Below are positions 8,743 to 18,184 of a stretch of DNA of 48,856 nt, one piece after another (position 1 is the stretch's first letter; each line of letters opens with the position of its first letter). The DNA lies in the NCBI GenBank assembly GCA_045656465.1, contig JAZORG010000097.1, positions 1-48,856 of the forward strand, in the 5' to 3' direction. This DNA comes from Christensenellaceae bacterium (lineage in GTDB: Bacteria > Bacillota > Clostridia > Christensenellales > Borkfalkiaceae). The notes under the pieces are model-generated. The model searched no databases and was not told the origin of the DNA. It saw nothing but the letters and a program-made list of their open reading frames with translations. The position numbers were made by a program, and so were the translations under genes.

Positions 8743-10191
8743 TTATTTATTTGCTGTTTCTTCAGCGATATTATTTTGATTATCTTGATTTGTTGCGTTC
8801 AAATCGGTTTCATTTTCCTTTTGCATTGATTGAACAACACTTTCTTGCATAACCATACTTTTTGTTTTTTTGTAAACGTGCGGAATTACGCATACGTAAA
8901 TACAAATTGTAATAAACCAACTTAGCGGATACGTCAAATATATTATGTAGAATTCGGGAACAAAGAAAAATACTGTTTTGAGAAACAAAATCCTCAAAAT
9001 ACACGCACCAAATATGCTTATGATTAACGACACAACGGGTTTTCCCATTGCCCTTATGGAATTTGCAAATACTTCCATAACTGAACATATACAGTATGTA
9101 ATTCCCATAATAGTCAGTCGCACCGTAGCCATTTGAATTACCTCTTCCCCGCTTGCAATGATACCACAAAGTTGCGGAGCAAATATCGCAAATAGCACGC
9201 CAACTGCAAATGGAAGAATAATAGCGAGAAGTATCCCACTAAATATGCTTTGTTTTACCCTATCCATTCGTTTAGCGCCTATATTTTGACCGACAAATGC
9301 CATAACCGACATTGACACGGCATGACCAATATTGTAAACTATTACGTCAAACTGTTGCGCAGTCGTATTTGCGCTCATACCAACCTTACCGAAAGAATTT
9401 ACAGTTGATTGAATTAACACGTTTGCAATGTTAAACGCTACACTTTGAGCGGCTGACGGAAGTCCTATTCGCAAAATTTCTTTAACTTGCTCTTTAAAGA
9501 GTCTCAAATATTTGAGTTTCAAACTTGCAAAACCGTTACTTTTAAACAAAACTATTAAAGATAGCGTTGCAGATATCAACTGTGATAAGATTGTTCCTAT
9601 TGCAACCCCCTCTACCGTTAACCCCATAAGAATAAACATTATATTTAAGAATACGTTCGCAACACCGCCTATCGCCAAAAAAATCAGAGGGCGTTTTGTA
9701 TCTCCCGTAGCACGCAAGATTGAGGCGCTAAAATTATAAACCATCATTATAGGCATACCGAGAAAGTATATTCTCAAATAGACGGTAGCCATATCTAGAA
9801 TTTCAGGATCACATCCCATCCATTGTAAAAATAACTTTGAACAGGGAACACCAACGGCTAAAAGAACAAATCCAGCTATTAAGGCAATCAAAATAGAAGC
9901 GCCAACAGTTCGTCTTGCACCCTCAATATTTTTTGAGCCTACATATCTGGATAAAACTACGGTAGAACCTATCGACAATGTAACAAAAAAGTTGACTAGC
10001 AAACCGCTTAAAGCCGTGTTTGCCCCAACGGCTGCAACTGCATCATTGCCAACCATAATTCCTAAAACGGCTATGTCAGTTGCCGAAAAGAGAACCTGAA
10101 GAATGTTACTTAACACAAATGGTACTGCATAAATAAACAGTTTCTTCAGAATTGATCCACTAGTAAGGTCAAGTTCTTTAATTTTTGCCAT
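8743..10191 (-). CDS. MATE family efflux transporter
   Basis: 482 aa with about 12 hydrophobic segments. The N-terminus (ILKKLFIYAVPFVLSNILQVLFSATDIAVLG) is typical of MATE/NorM-like proteins. Confidence 0.9.
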   Translation of the reverse strand: MAKIKELDLTSGSILKKLFIYAVPFVLSNILQVLFSATDIAVLGIMVGNDAVAAVGANTALSGLLVNFFVTLSIGSTVVLSRYVGSKNIEGARRTVGASILIALIAGFVLLAVGVPCSKLFLQWMGCDPEILDMATVYLRIYFLGMPIMMVYNFSASILRATGDTKRPLIFLAIGGVANVFLNIMFILMGLTVEGVAIGTILSQLISATLSLIVLFKSNGFASLKLKYLRLFKEQVKEILRIGLPSAAQSVAFNIANVLIQSTVNSFGKVGMSANTTAQQFDVIVYNIGHAVSMSVMAFVGQNIGAKRMDRVKQSIFSGILLAIILPFAVGVLFAIFAPQLCGIIASGEEVIQMATVRLTIMGITYCICSVMEVFANSIRAMGKPVVSLIISIFGACILRILFLKTVFFFVPEFYIIYLTYPLSWFITICIYVCVIPHVYKKTKSMVMQESVVQSMQKENETDLNATNQDNQNNIAEETANK

Positions 10192-10236
10192 AATCTTTCT
10201 CCACTTTATTTTATTATTTTGTTAATCCTTTGATAA

Positions 10237-10300
10237 CAAAAAAGTAAAAAGTTGGCTAACGGAAAATTCCGCTGTTAGTCATCTTTTTACTTTGTTTTTT
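10237..10300 (-). terminator. Long hairpin with flanking T-runs downstream of folA (putative terminator)
   Basis: 10-bp outer stem, AAGTAAAAAG (10242-10251) and CTTTTTACTT (10283-10292), with additional inner pairing. T-runs follow on both strands. Confidence 0.45.
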
Positions 10301-10393
10301 GTAAATTATTTAATATTAAATTGTGTTGTTCGGTATCTAAAATCACCCGAAATAAAAAACAACATTTTACTTTCCCTATAAGGGTGCGTTAAC

Positions 10394-10888
10394 TTACTCC
10401 TTAACGCTGGAGTTTAAATATGTGGTAAACTTTATTTTATATCCGTTTGACTCAATTATATCACTTGTTTTTGTTAATGTCCAATCTTTTAACAGGTCTA
10501 AATTATTAAAAAATACAGTTGCATTTCCGTCTGCATCAACCTTTGTTACAAGCGCTTCTTTACAATAGGGTAGCAAGGAATTATAAAGCATTGCCCCGCC
10601 TATTAAAAACACATCATCTTCAGGATATTTTTTTATTTCTTCTAAAAGATTTTCCACACTGTCAACAACTATGCAATCATCTCTTTTAAGTTTAGAAGAA
10701 AGCACGATATTTACCCTATTTTTAAGTGGATTTCCATTAGGGAATGAACGCAATGTATTCGACCCCATAACAACAACTTTCCCTTTTGTTGTTTCCCTAA
10801 AGAACTTCATATCTTCGGGAATAGAAAAAAGCAAATCGTTATTTTTGCCTATACCCCATTTGTTATCCACAGCAACTATAGCACGCAT
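10394..10888 (-). CDS. folA: Dihydrofolate reductase
   Basis: N-terminus (IVAVDNKWGIGKNNDLLFSIPEDMKFFRETT...VVMGSNT) matches DHFR signatures. 164 aa. Translationally coupled to thyA. Confidence 0.9.
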   Translation of the reverse strand: MRAIVAVDNKWGIGKNNDLLFSIPEDMKFFRETTKGKVVVMGSNTLRSFPNGNPLKNRVNIVLSSKLKRDDCIVVDSVENLLEEIKKYPEDDVFLIGGAMLYNSLLPYCKEALVTKVDADGNATVFFNNLDLLKDWTLTKTSDIIESNGYKIKFTTYLNSSVKE

Positions 10889-11718
10889 TAAATTGCTACC
10901 TCAAATTTTTCGTCTATTTTATTATATTGATAATCTATAATTTCAAAATCATCTACCGTAAACTTATAAAAATCTTTTACGTCGGGGTTAAGTTTTACTT
11001 TAGGTGCAGTAAACTGCGGGTTTTTCATCATTTTCTCCACAACGGGAATATGTCTATCGTAAATATGCGCATCAGCGATTACGTGTACGAGTTCGCCAGG
11101 AATAAGATTTGACACTTGCGCCATCATCATAAGTAGTGCCGAATATTGAACAACGTTCCAGTTGTTTGCAACTGCCACGTCGTTAGACCTCTGATTGAGT
11201 ATTCCGTTGAGGACGTTTCCACTTACGTTGAACGTCATTGAATATGCGCAAGGATAAAGATGCATTTCGTGCAAATCCTCAAAGTTATAAATGTTGGTCA
11301 TAATACGCCTAGATGCAGGGTTATTTTTTAAATCGAAAAGCACTCTATCAACCTGATCAAATTCGCCCTCTTTGTATTTATGTTTTATTCCTAGTTGATA
11401 ACCGTAAGCCTTGCCTATCGACCCTGTTTCGTCTGCCCAACTATCCCAAATATGACTTTTTAGATCGTGAATATTGTTGGACTTTTTTTGCCAAATCCAT
11501 AAAATTTCATCAATTGCCGACTTAAATGCCGTACGACGCAAAGTCAATATAGGAAATTCCTCTTGTAAATTATATCTGTTTACTATGCAGAATTTTTTAA
11601 CGGTGTGCGCAGGTGTTCCGTCTAGCCATCTTGGGCGTACTTCAAGTTCGGTATCCCAAAAACCGTTGTTTATAATATCAGTACAATTTTTTATAAAAAT
11701 TTGATCTGCTTTACTCAT
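10888..11718 (-). CDS. thyA: Thymidylate synthase
   Basis: ThyA-type motifs, including RRIMTNIYNFEDLHEMHLYPCAYSMTF with the catalytic Cys, and QRSNDV. 276 aa. Confidence 0.92.
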   Translation of the reverse strand: MSKADQIFIKNCTDIINNGFWDTELEVRPRWLDGTPAHTVKKFCIVNRYNLQEEFPILTLRRTAFKSAIDEILWIWQKKSNNIHDLKSHIWDSWADETGSIGKAYGYQLGIKHKYKEGEFDQVDRVLFDLKNNPASRRIMTNIYNFEDLHEMHLYPCAYSMTFNVSGNVLNGILNQRSNDVAVANNWNVVQYSALLMMMAQVSNLIPGELVHVIADAHIYDRHIPVVEKMMKNPQFTAPKVKLNPDVKDFYKFTVDDFEIIDYQYNKIDEKFEVAI

Positions 11719-11730
11719 TTGTTTCCTCCC

Positions 11731-12516
11731 TTAAAAGGCATCTTTACTGTGTTTTTTCCATCTTCGTGCTATAAATTTAAGAACTAATCCCCTAGGCATA
11801 ATTTTTATAGAATAATATAAAAATTTATTAAAAAACCCAGGAATACATTTTATTTTGTTCTTTTTTACCGCTTTAAGCGCTTTGTTTGCAACGTAGCTTG
11901 CGGGCTTACTAGATAATTTTCCCCAAATTCCTTGACTTTTTATTTCTTCAACAAGGTCAGGACGTGTTGGCACGCCTCCCGGCAACACTACAGTAACGTT
12001 TACTCCCTCTTTTTTCAGTTCGTAATGAATACCTGTATAAAAGTTTGTTATCATTGCTTTTGTTGCGCTATACAATGCAAAATACGGCATTGGAGTTGCA
12101 CCCGACATACTCGATACGGCAATGAGTTCGCACTTTGGCGCTCTTCGTTTTAACAATGCATACGTTAAACATACCACCGCTTCCGAATTTACCCTTGTTT
12201 GAAACAAAACTTTTTGGTCTGTATAATCTAAAAAAGGTTTTTGAATGTCAACCCCGGCAACGTTTATAATTCTTTTAAACTTATAACCTTTTTCATCAAT
12301 ATAAGATAGCATTTCTTTTCTAGATATGTCGCTCGTTAAATCGCAAGCAAAAAAATCCACGCTAACGTGATATTTCTCGGTAAGTTGCTCTTTTAACTTT
12401 TTAAGTTTTTCAGCATCTCTTCCCGTTATAAAAAGATTATCTAGTTTAGATGCAACTAAATCACAAAACGCACTGCCTATTCCCCCCGTTGCACCGCTTA
12501 TAAAAGTATATTCCAT
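11731..12516 (-). CDS. SDR family oxidoreductase
   Basis: TGATGGIG cofactor motif near the N-terminus and the YSATK catalytic motif. 261 aa. Confidence 0.85.
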   Translation of the reverse strand: MEYTFISGATGGIGSAFCDLVASKLDNLFITGRDAEKLKKLKEQLTEKYHVSVDFFACDLTSDISRKEMLSYIDEKGYKFKRIINVAGVDIQKPFLDYTDQKVLFQTRVNSEAVVCLTYALLKRRAPKCELIAVSSMSGATPMPYFALYSATKAMITNFYTGIHYELKKEGVNVTVVLPGGVPTRPDLVEEIKSQGIWGKLSSKPASYVANKALKAVKKNKIKCIPGFFNKFLYYSIKIMPRGLVLKFIARRWKKHSKDAF

Positions 12517-12517
12517 A

Positions 12518-12760
12518 TTACTTTGTTGTCAAAACCTTACTTTTAACGCCCTTTATCATACCGATTTTCCCAGAAAGGCTATTAATAACCTCTTGCGTTG
12601 CATCAATCACTATGCTTATAACGTTTACGCCTTTTTCTCTATAAGGTATTCCCATTCTGCCTATAATGAACTCTCCAAACTCGTGCAAGGTTGCATTAAC
12701 CTGTTCAACGGCATTTAGGTCGTTAATAATAACTGCCAAAACGGCTATCTTGGTTTCCAT
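12518..12760 (-). CDS. TM1266-family (iron-only hydrogenase system regulator-like) small ACT-like protein
   Basis: The 80-aa product from the ATG at 12760 (RBS AAGGAGAA plus 5 nt) has the pattern QVN..LHEF...I.GRMGIPYRE...ISIV.....I..LSGK.G.I.GV, which I recall for this family. The track ORF extends to 12790, but that start has no RBS. Confidence 0.6.
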   Translation of the reverse strand: METKIAVLAVIINDLNAVEQVNATLHEFGEFIIGRMGIPYREKGVNVISIVIDATQEVINSLSGKIGMIKGVKSKVLTTK

Positions 12761-12825
12761 TGTTTTTCTCCTTGTTATATATTTTAACATAACAGCAGAG
12801 TTTTAGCAATAAAAACTTAAATATT

Positions 12826-13527
12826 TCAGCAATAAAATTGACCTTTTTTAACTGCTAAACGAAGTTTATCAATCGCCTTTTTTTCTATGCGTGAAATATA
12901 CGAGCGTGAAATTTTAAGAAAACTAGCCACTTCTCTTTGCGCATAATTTCTTTCACCCTTTAAGCCGTAACGCAAGCACAAAACGGTAAATTCTCTCTCT
13001 GAAAGCACACCCTTTATAAACTGCAAAAATTTTTCTCTCTCAATGGATTTATCCACTTTTGCAAAAACGGTGTCTTCTTTTTCTGCTAGCAAATCCATTA
13101 ACGTTAATTCGTTTCCGTCTTTATCTGCGCCTACAGGGTCAGATAAATAAAGATCGTTTTTATGCTTTTTATTTGCACGAAGTAGCATTAAAATCTCATT
13201 TTCAATACATCTTGCCGTATAAGTTGCAAGCCCCGTTCCCTTTCCTAATTCATAAGTATTAACCGCTTTAATAAGTCCGATAGAGCCTACAGAAATTAAA
13301 TCGTCGGTATCGGCTGCTCCCGAATACTTCTTAACAACGTGCGCAACAAGGCGCATATTGTGTGTGATTAGTTTATCTTTTGCGCTTTTATCACCCTGCT
13401 TAATTCTTCTTAAGCACTCCGCTTCTTCTTCCGCAGAGAGCGGTTTAGGATATGACGACGTGCCGAGAACACTACCAGCGAAAAAAGTTATTTTGCCTAA
13501 AACAAACATAATTGCATCCCAAAACAT
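12826..13527 (-). CDS. sigK: Sporulation sigma factor with pro-sequence, most like SigK (SigE is the alternative)
   Basis: Sigma-70 regions 2-4 are present, with a hydrophobic N-terminal pro-peptide. YPKPLS, RLVAHVVKKY, GKGTGLATYTARCIENEILM and RSYISRIEKKA resemble B. subtilis SigK. The gene is uninterrupted and is not next to spoIIGA/sigG. Confidence 0.7.
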   Translation of the reverse strand: MFWDAIMFVLGKITFFAGSVLGTSSYPKPLSAEEEAECLRRIKQGDKSAKDKLITHNMRLVAHVVKKYSGAADTDDLISVGSIGLIKAVNTYELGKGTGLATYTARCIENEILMLLRANKKHKNDLYLSDPVGADKDGNELTLMDLLAEKEDTVFAKVDKSIEREKFLQFIKGVLSEREFTVLCLRYGLKGERNYAQREVASFLKISRSYISRIEKKAIDKLRLAVKKGQFYC

Positions 13528-13810
13528 TTATTCACCTCACTAAACTTGGATAGAATACTTTATGCATTTTTTATTCGGGATATAATAGAAAGCAAGTCCA
13601 TATATTTAATTTTAATTTTTGTCATAAACCTCTTTACAAACATTTAAAGCGGTATATAATACCCTCGGCGTTTGGAAAAAATTCTTGGGAGGGAAAAATG
13701 TATAAGAATTACCATTTTTTAAGATTTACTTCATTTTATGAAAGGCTTAAGGCAATTATGGAAAAAGATAATGTCAAATAATTTTCCCGCCCGAAGGCTG
13801 GTGAAAAAAA

Positions 13811-14362
13811 ATGAATTTGAACATACTTAAAGAACTTGCAATGCAATACAGTCTGCCTACGGTGGTAATAGCGATAATTACTTCAGTATTAACCTTTTTA
13901 TCGGGTATTATGCTAAAAAATAAATCCCCCAAAATAATAAATGTTTTACCATTTATTATTGCAATAGTTTTATATTTAGGCTACGATATGGTTTTTACTT
14001 TTAAGACTTTTACCATTAAAACCGAGAGTATTTACGGTGGATTAATCTGTGGCTCGCTTGGTATTATAATTGTAAGCGCAATAAAAAAGATTGTTTCGGG
14101 AAAGCCATTACCCTTATCAGCAACCGCATTACTTATAGAAAGCCTTTTGGCTGAATTTGTAGATGAGAAAGTCCTTTTAGACACAGCGAAGGATATAGAC
14201 GACCTTGTTAACAATATCAATATTGATGAAAATCAATTACGAGAAAAAGTTGCCACAAAAATAAGCGACGTATCGCCTCATCTCTCGCAAACGGAATTGC
14301 GTTTTGCTTCTACAATTATTATCGAAGCGGTTAAAATGCTACGCTCGAAAATAAAAAAATAA
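13811..14362 (+). CDS. Hypothetical membrane protein (3 predicted TM helices plus a helical cytoplasmic tail)
   Basis: ORF track. Hydrophobic segments in aa 15-100. RBS is GGTGA. Followed by a clean terminator. Confidence 0.6.
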   Translation: MNLNILKELAMQYSLPTVVIAIITSVLTFLSGIMLKNKSPKIINVLPFIIAIVLYLGYDMVFTFKTFTIKTESIYGGLICGSLGIIIVSAIKKIVSGKPLPLSATALLIESLLAEFVDEKVLLDTAKDIDDLVNNINIDENQLREKVATKISDVSPHLSQTELRFASTIIIEAVKMLRSKIKK

Positions 14363-14382
14363 TTGTTACAACTTAATATTTG

Positions 14383-14410
14383 GGCGGAACTTTTGTTCCG
14401 CCTTTTTTTT
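14383..14410 (+). terminator. Rho-independent terminator
   Basis: Stem GGCGGAAC (14383-14390) and GTTCCGCC (14395-14402) with a TTTT loop, followed by a run of 8 T. Confidence 0.7.
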
Positions 14411-14424
14411 AGCATATTTTTATT

Positions 14425-15894
14425 TTGATTATCTATACTATGCGTATGAAATTAAAAAAACAATTAAAAGATAACATTGACTTTTTTAAAAGGACTTTCT
14501 CATCAGACGACGTAACTTTTTTAGATTTAAAAATAAACGATACGGATGGTGTTTTAATATTCGTTAACGATTTAGTCAATAAAGATGCGTTAGGCGATTT
14601 AATATTACGCCCCGCCTCTCAATTTAATAAACCTGTAAATGAACAGACACTTTTCGACTGTTTTTTATCCCCCGAAAAACAACAGTTAAACGATACCGAT
14701 AAAGTTATTTCCGATGCTCTTACAGGCAACGCTATACTTATATGCGACAATATAGAAGTTGCTTTATCTTTTGGACTTAAACATTATGATAAAAGAGCGA
14801 TAACAGAACCTCCCACGTCAACTGTAATAAAAGGGCCGAGAGAGGGATTTGTTGAAAGTCTTCCTGTAAACATAAGCCTAATGCGAAGAAAACTTAAATC
14901 CCCCGATTTGCGTTTTATAAATCTTACCGTAGGAAAGGTTTCAAAAACTTCTGTTTCTCTGTGTTATATTAACAAAATTGCAGATTTTAATTTGGTTCAA
15001 AAACTAAAAGATAAAATCTCCCAAATAGATATAGATGCTGTTTTGGACTCATCATATCTATCAAAACTTTTAGGCGAACACAACGTCTCGCTTTTTAAGC
15101 AAATAGGCAACACCGAAAAGCCCGATATTTTAGCAGCGAAAATTCTTGAAGGGAGAGTTGCGATTTTTGTTGATGGTTCTCCTATTGCTCTAACTGCTCC
15201 TTATTTATTGATAGAAGATTTTCAGTCTGCAAGCGATTATTATAATTCCACTTGTAGCGCAACTCTTGCCCGTATCATTAGATTGTTATCGGTATTTATC
15301 GCCTTATTTTTACCTGCGCTTTTTGTTGCTGCTGAACTTTTTCATTTGCAACTGATACCATTAAGTTTTCTATTGACGATTGTCAATAGCATAAAGGGAA
15401 TTCCGCTTTCCCCTAGTTACGAAATGTTTTTAACCCTTTTAATTTTTGAAATATTAAACGAAGCGAGCGTTAGAATGCCCAAATACGTGGGAATGGTCGT
15501 ATCCATTGTCGGCGGTTTAGTTCTCGGTGAAACGGCGGTCAATGCAGGAATTATCTCTGCCCCCACTCTTATGATAATAGCCCTTTCGGGAATATGTCTA
15601 TATACCGTTCCCGAACTTGAACAAACCTTTTCGCTCCTTAGAATACTCTTTTTAATAATAGCAGGCTCTAGCGGAATTTTTGGACTTCTAATGTCTATAG
15701 CGTGGTTTTTCGTTTATTTAATATCATTTGAAAACTACTCAACCCCGCTATGCGCACCGTTTTCCCCACTTATTAAAAAGGATTTACTAGACGGAGTTTA
15801 TAAAGGTTTCATTTTAGAACAAAACGAACGTCCGTACTCACTCAAAAACAAAAATAAAATCCGACTTAGAGTTACAAAAAAAGGAGAAGAATAA
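14425..15894 (+). CDS. Spore germination protein, GerA/GerKA (A-subunit) family
   Basis: Size, and a C-terminal membrane region with about 5 TM helices. The conserved core (TEPPTSTVIKGPREGFVESL) is typical of GerA-family A subunits. The start codon is uncertain: TTG at 14425, or ATG at 14441 or 14447. Confidence 0.85.
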   Translation: MIIYTMRMKLKKQLKDNIDFFKRTFSSDDVTFLDLKINDTDGVLIFVNDLVNKDALGDLILRPASQFNKPVNEQTLFDCFLSPEKQQLNDTDKVISDALTGNAILICDNIEVALSFGLKHYDKRAITEPPTSTVIKGPREGFVESLPVNISLMRRKLKSPDLRFINLTVGKVSKTSVSLCYINKIADFNLVQKLKDKISQIDIDAVLDSSYLSKLLGEHNVSLFKQIGNTEKPDILAAKILEGRVAIFVDGSPIALTAPYLLIEDFQSASDYYNSTCSATLARIIRLLSVFIALFLPALFVAAELFHLQLIPLSFLLTIVNSIKGIPLSPSYEMFLTLLIFEILNEASVRMPKYVGMVVSIVGGLVLGETAVNAGIISAPTLMIIALSGICLYTVPELEQTFSLLRILFLIIAGSSGIFGLLMSIAWFFVYLISFENYSTPLCAPFSPLIKKDLLDGVYKGFILEQNERPYSLKNKNKIRLRVTKKGEE

Positions 15895-16982
15895 TGAATA
15901 AAGAATTATGGAGTAGGCAAATTTGTCTAATAATAATTGCTTTTATCCCCATAAATAAATTGTTTGCAATGCCGAGTATTTTGGCAAAGAATGCATCTGA
16001 AGATATGTGGATTTGTTGTTTGATTTCTCTTGTCGTAGATTTTTTGTGTTTATTAGCGGTAATTTACACAATGAAAAAAACTCATTTAGACTTTTATTCA
16101 CTACTACAAAACTGTTTGGGAAAGGTGGGTGCTAAAATCATTCTTTTCTCATACTTTATATTTTTTTTGTTAAAGGCAGTTATCCCTATAAACGAGCAGA
16201 AAGAATATATTGACCTTACTTTATACACCTTAAAACCTAGCGTTTTTTACTTTCTTCCCTTTTTTATCAGCGCATTTTTTTTATGTATAAAAAGACTGCG
16301 TATTTTAGGTCGGGCGAGCGACGTTTGTTGGGCGCTTACACTTGTAGGTTTTGTTATACTTTTATCTCTATCTTTAGGGAATGCAGATTTTAACGCTCTT
16401 CTACCTATAGGTGCGCAAGGCGCTAAAAATATCTTTTCAGGCTGGTATAAAACCTTAAATTGGTTTGGCGATTGCGCTTACTTTGTATTCTTTATTGGCG
16501 AATTTCAATTTAACAAAAAAGATGGTATAAAAATTGCGCTATCCTATCTTCTTTGTGCAGTTATAGTGATGACTTTCATTATAGTATTTTATTGTATTTT
16601 TACCTCTATTGCATATAGACAGAGATTTGCTTTTACAGAAATTTCTAAATATACAACCGTCATAAATAATTTGGGAAGATTTGACTATATCGGCATAATA
16701 TTTTTAATGTTTTCAAACTTTTTCACCCTTTCTCTGCCCCTATTTTTTGCTTGTCACATACTAAATAAAATTTTCAACATTAAAAGACCTTATATAAGCG
16801 CACTAATCGTTATATGTATTCAAATTATTCCCATTCTCTTCTTTTCTAGATTTTATTCGGGAATAGAATACTTTGCGCAAAACTATGCAGGAATTATTTT
16901 TTTGATTTTTGGAAACGTTATTCCTGTGCTTACACCACTACTAACCTTAAGGAGAAAAGTTTATGCAAATTCGAAAAGCTAA
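15894..16982 (+). CDS. Spore germination protein, GerAB-type (spore permease, APC-like)
   Basis: 362-aa polytopic membrane protein (about 10 TM helices). Its start overlaps the stop of the A subunit. Sits in the middle of the tricistronic ger operon. Confidence 0.8.
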   Translation: MNKELWSRQICLIIIAFIPINKLFAMPSILAKNASEDMWICCLISLVVDFLCLLAVIYTMKKTHLDFYSLLQNCLGKVGAKIILFSYFIFFLLKAVIPINEQKEYIDLTLYTLKPSVFYFLPFFISAFFLCIKRLRILGRASDVCWALTLVGFVILLSLSLGNADFNALLPIGAQGAKNIFSGWYKTLNWFGDCAYFVFFIGEFQFNKKDGIKIALSYLLCAVIVMTFIIVFYCIFTSIAYRQRFAFTEISKYTTVINNLGRFDYIGIIFLMFSNFFTLSLPLFFACHILNKIFNIKRPYISALIVICIQIIPILFFSRFYSGIEYFAQNYAGIIFLIFGNVIPVLTPLLTLRRKVYANSKS

Positions 16983-18180
16983 ATTTATAATAATCATTCT
17001 AGTTATTCTTTTTTTATTCTTCTTTTCTAATGACTTCGGACTAATAGACGTGGAAAAAACATCAATTATTACTGCAATTGCCATTGATAAAGAGGAAAAC
17101 GGCAACTTTAATCTTACTGCACAAATCGCTGTGCCAGAAGCAACCGATACAAACACGGAAAATCAAAAATCACAGTTGTCGGGTACTGGTTCAACCGTGG
17201 GCGCTGCGCTTAATGACATAGGAGATTTATCTGGTTGGTTTCCTAAACTAGCATTTTGCAACCTTATTTTAATAGGCAATTCATTATCCCAAGATAATGT
17301 TATAACTGCGCTCGATTATTTTGCAAAGACCTTGCGTGTTCAAGACTCTGCTTTAGTTGCTATTGCGGAAAACACGGCAAAAGAACTGTTAGACCTAGCA
17401 ACTCCGTTAGACAACATATCCTCTTTCGCACTTCAAAAAATTATGCTTAAAACCTCTGGTTTTGACAGAGACGTTGCCCCTAGCGACGTTAAAACTTTTT
17501 GTGCTGACCATTATTCGATTGGACAATCTTCGTATATGCCTTTAATTAAAGTAATTTCCGCTGGTGGCGAAAAATCTTCTAGTGGACAAGGAGGTCAATC
17601 TAACTTAACGGGAGGAACTACGGGAAGTGGTGGAAGTTCACAACAAGACAGTAAAGATAATCTATTTTCCGCAAAAACTACCGCACTATTTGTTAAAGGG
17701 AAAAAAGTTGGCGAACTTGATGAACCCTTAACTATTGCTTTTAATGCCTTAAAAGCAAATATGGCAGGAACAACACTTTCAATTGACAATGTAAAATCCT
17801 CCTCTGGACAACCGTCAAATTATCTTCTTACAGTTGTCAAAAGCACCCCTAAAATGAAACTTATCGCAACAGATACTAGTTTAACCCTCAATATAGACAT
17901 AAAAGTTTACTGTAAGATAAGCGACCACGCTGCAGATGGTTCAGATGAAGCGTTATCGCAAAACAAACCACTCCCCGAAGAAGTTATTTCGGCAACCAAA
18001 ACTATGCTTGAAGATGACCTTAACGAACTGATTATTACAACAAGACAAACAGAATGCGATTTTTTAAAGATAAAAGAAAAACTGTACCGTCATAACTACA
18101 GACAGTACAGTATATATAAGGATAATTATCTAAAGGTTTTTAAGCCTCAAATTAATGTAACCGTTTTAGGTCAGGTTTGA
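16963..18180 (+). CDS. Ger(x)C-family germination protein, atypical because it lacks a lipobox cysteine
   Basis: Third gene of the operon, overlapping the B gene by 20 nt. The segment after the N-terminal hydrophobic anchor (IITAIAIDKEENG...LTAQIA) is typical of GerAC. Confidence 0.75.
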   Translation: MQIRKAKFIIIILVILFLFFFSNDFGLIDVEKTSIITAIAIDKEENGNFNLTAQIAVPEATDTNTENQKSQLSGTGSTVGAALNDIGDLSGWFPKLAFCNLILIGNSLSQDNVITALDYFAKTLRVQDSALVAIAENTAKELLDLATPLDNISSFALQKIMLKTSGFDRDVAPSDVKTFCADHYSIGQSSYMPLIKVISAGGEKSSSGQGGQSNLTGGTTGSGGSSQQDSKDNLFSAKTTALFVKGKKVGELDEPLTIAFNALKANMAGTTLSIDNVKSSSGQPSNYLLTVVKSTPKMKLIATDTSLTLNIDIKVYCKISDHAADGSDEALSQNKPLPEEVISATKTMLEDDLNELIITTRQTECDFLKIKEKLYRHNYRQYSIYKDNYLKVFKPQINVTVLGQV

Positions 18181-18184
18181 CCAA

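Noticed and set aside
8810-9169. 119-aa same-strand alternative-frame ORF within the MATE gene
   Set aside because: The MATE frame is continuous for 482 aa with typical TM periodicity. The alternative frame has no start context.
10394-11718. thyA/folA considered as phage-borne auxiliary genes belonging to the adjacent phage module
   Set aside because: They are separated from TerL by a MATE transporter gene and its terminator. They also form an operon with host-type SDR and regulator genes. Nothing in the sequence ties them to the phage.
12826-13527. Possibility that the nearby phage DNA is a skin-like element interrupting sigK
   Set aside because: The sigK reading frame is intact, with the pro-sequence through region 4.2 in one ORF. 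The phage module lies more than 4 kb away, beyond five unrelated genes.
14412-14440. Forespore sigma-G/F-like promoter (GCATA, 17-nt spacer, TATACTA) in front of the ger operon
   Set aside because: The match is attractive, and ger operons are classically sigma-G dependent. However, a transcript starting about 7 nt after this -10 would begin at or beyond all three candidate start codons (14425, 14441, 14447), and none of them has an RBS. The promoter and start cannot both be right, so I did not call it as a feature.
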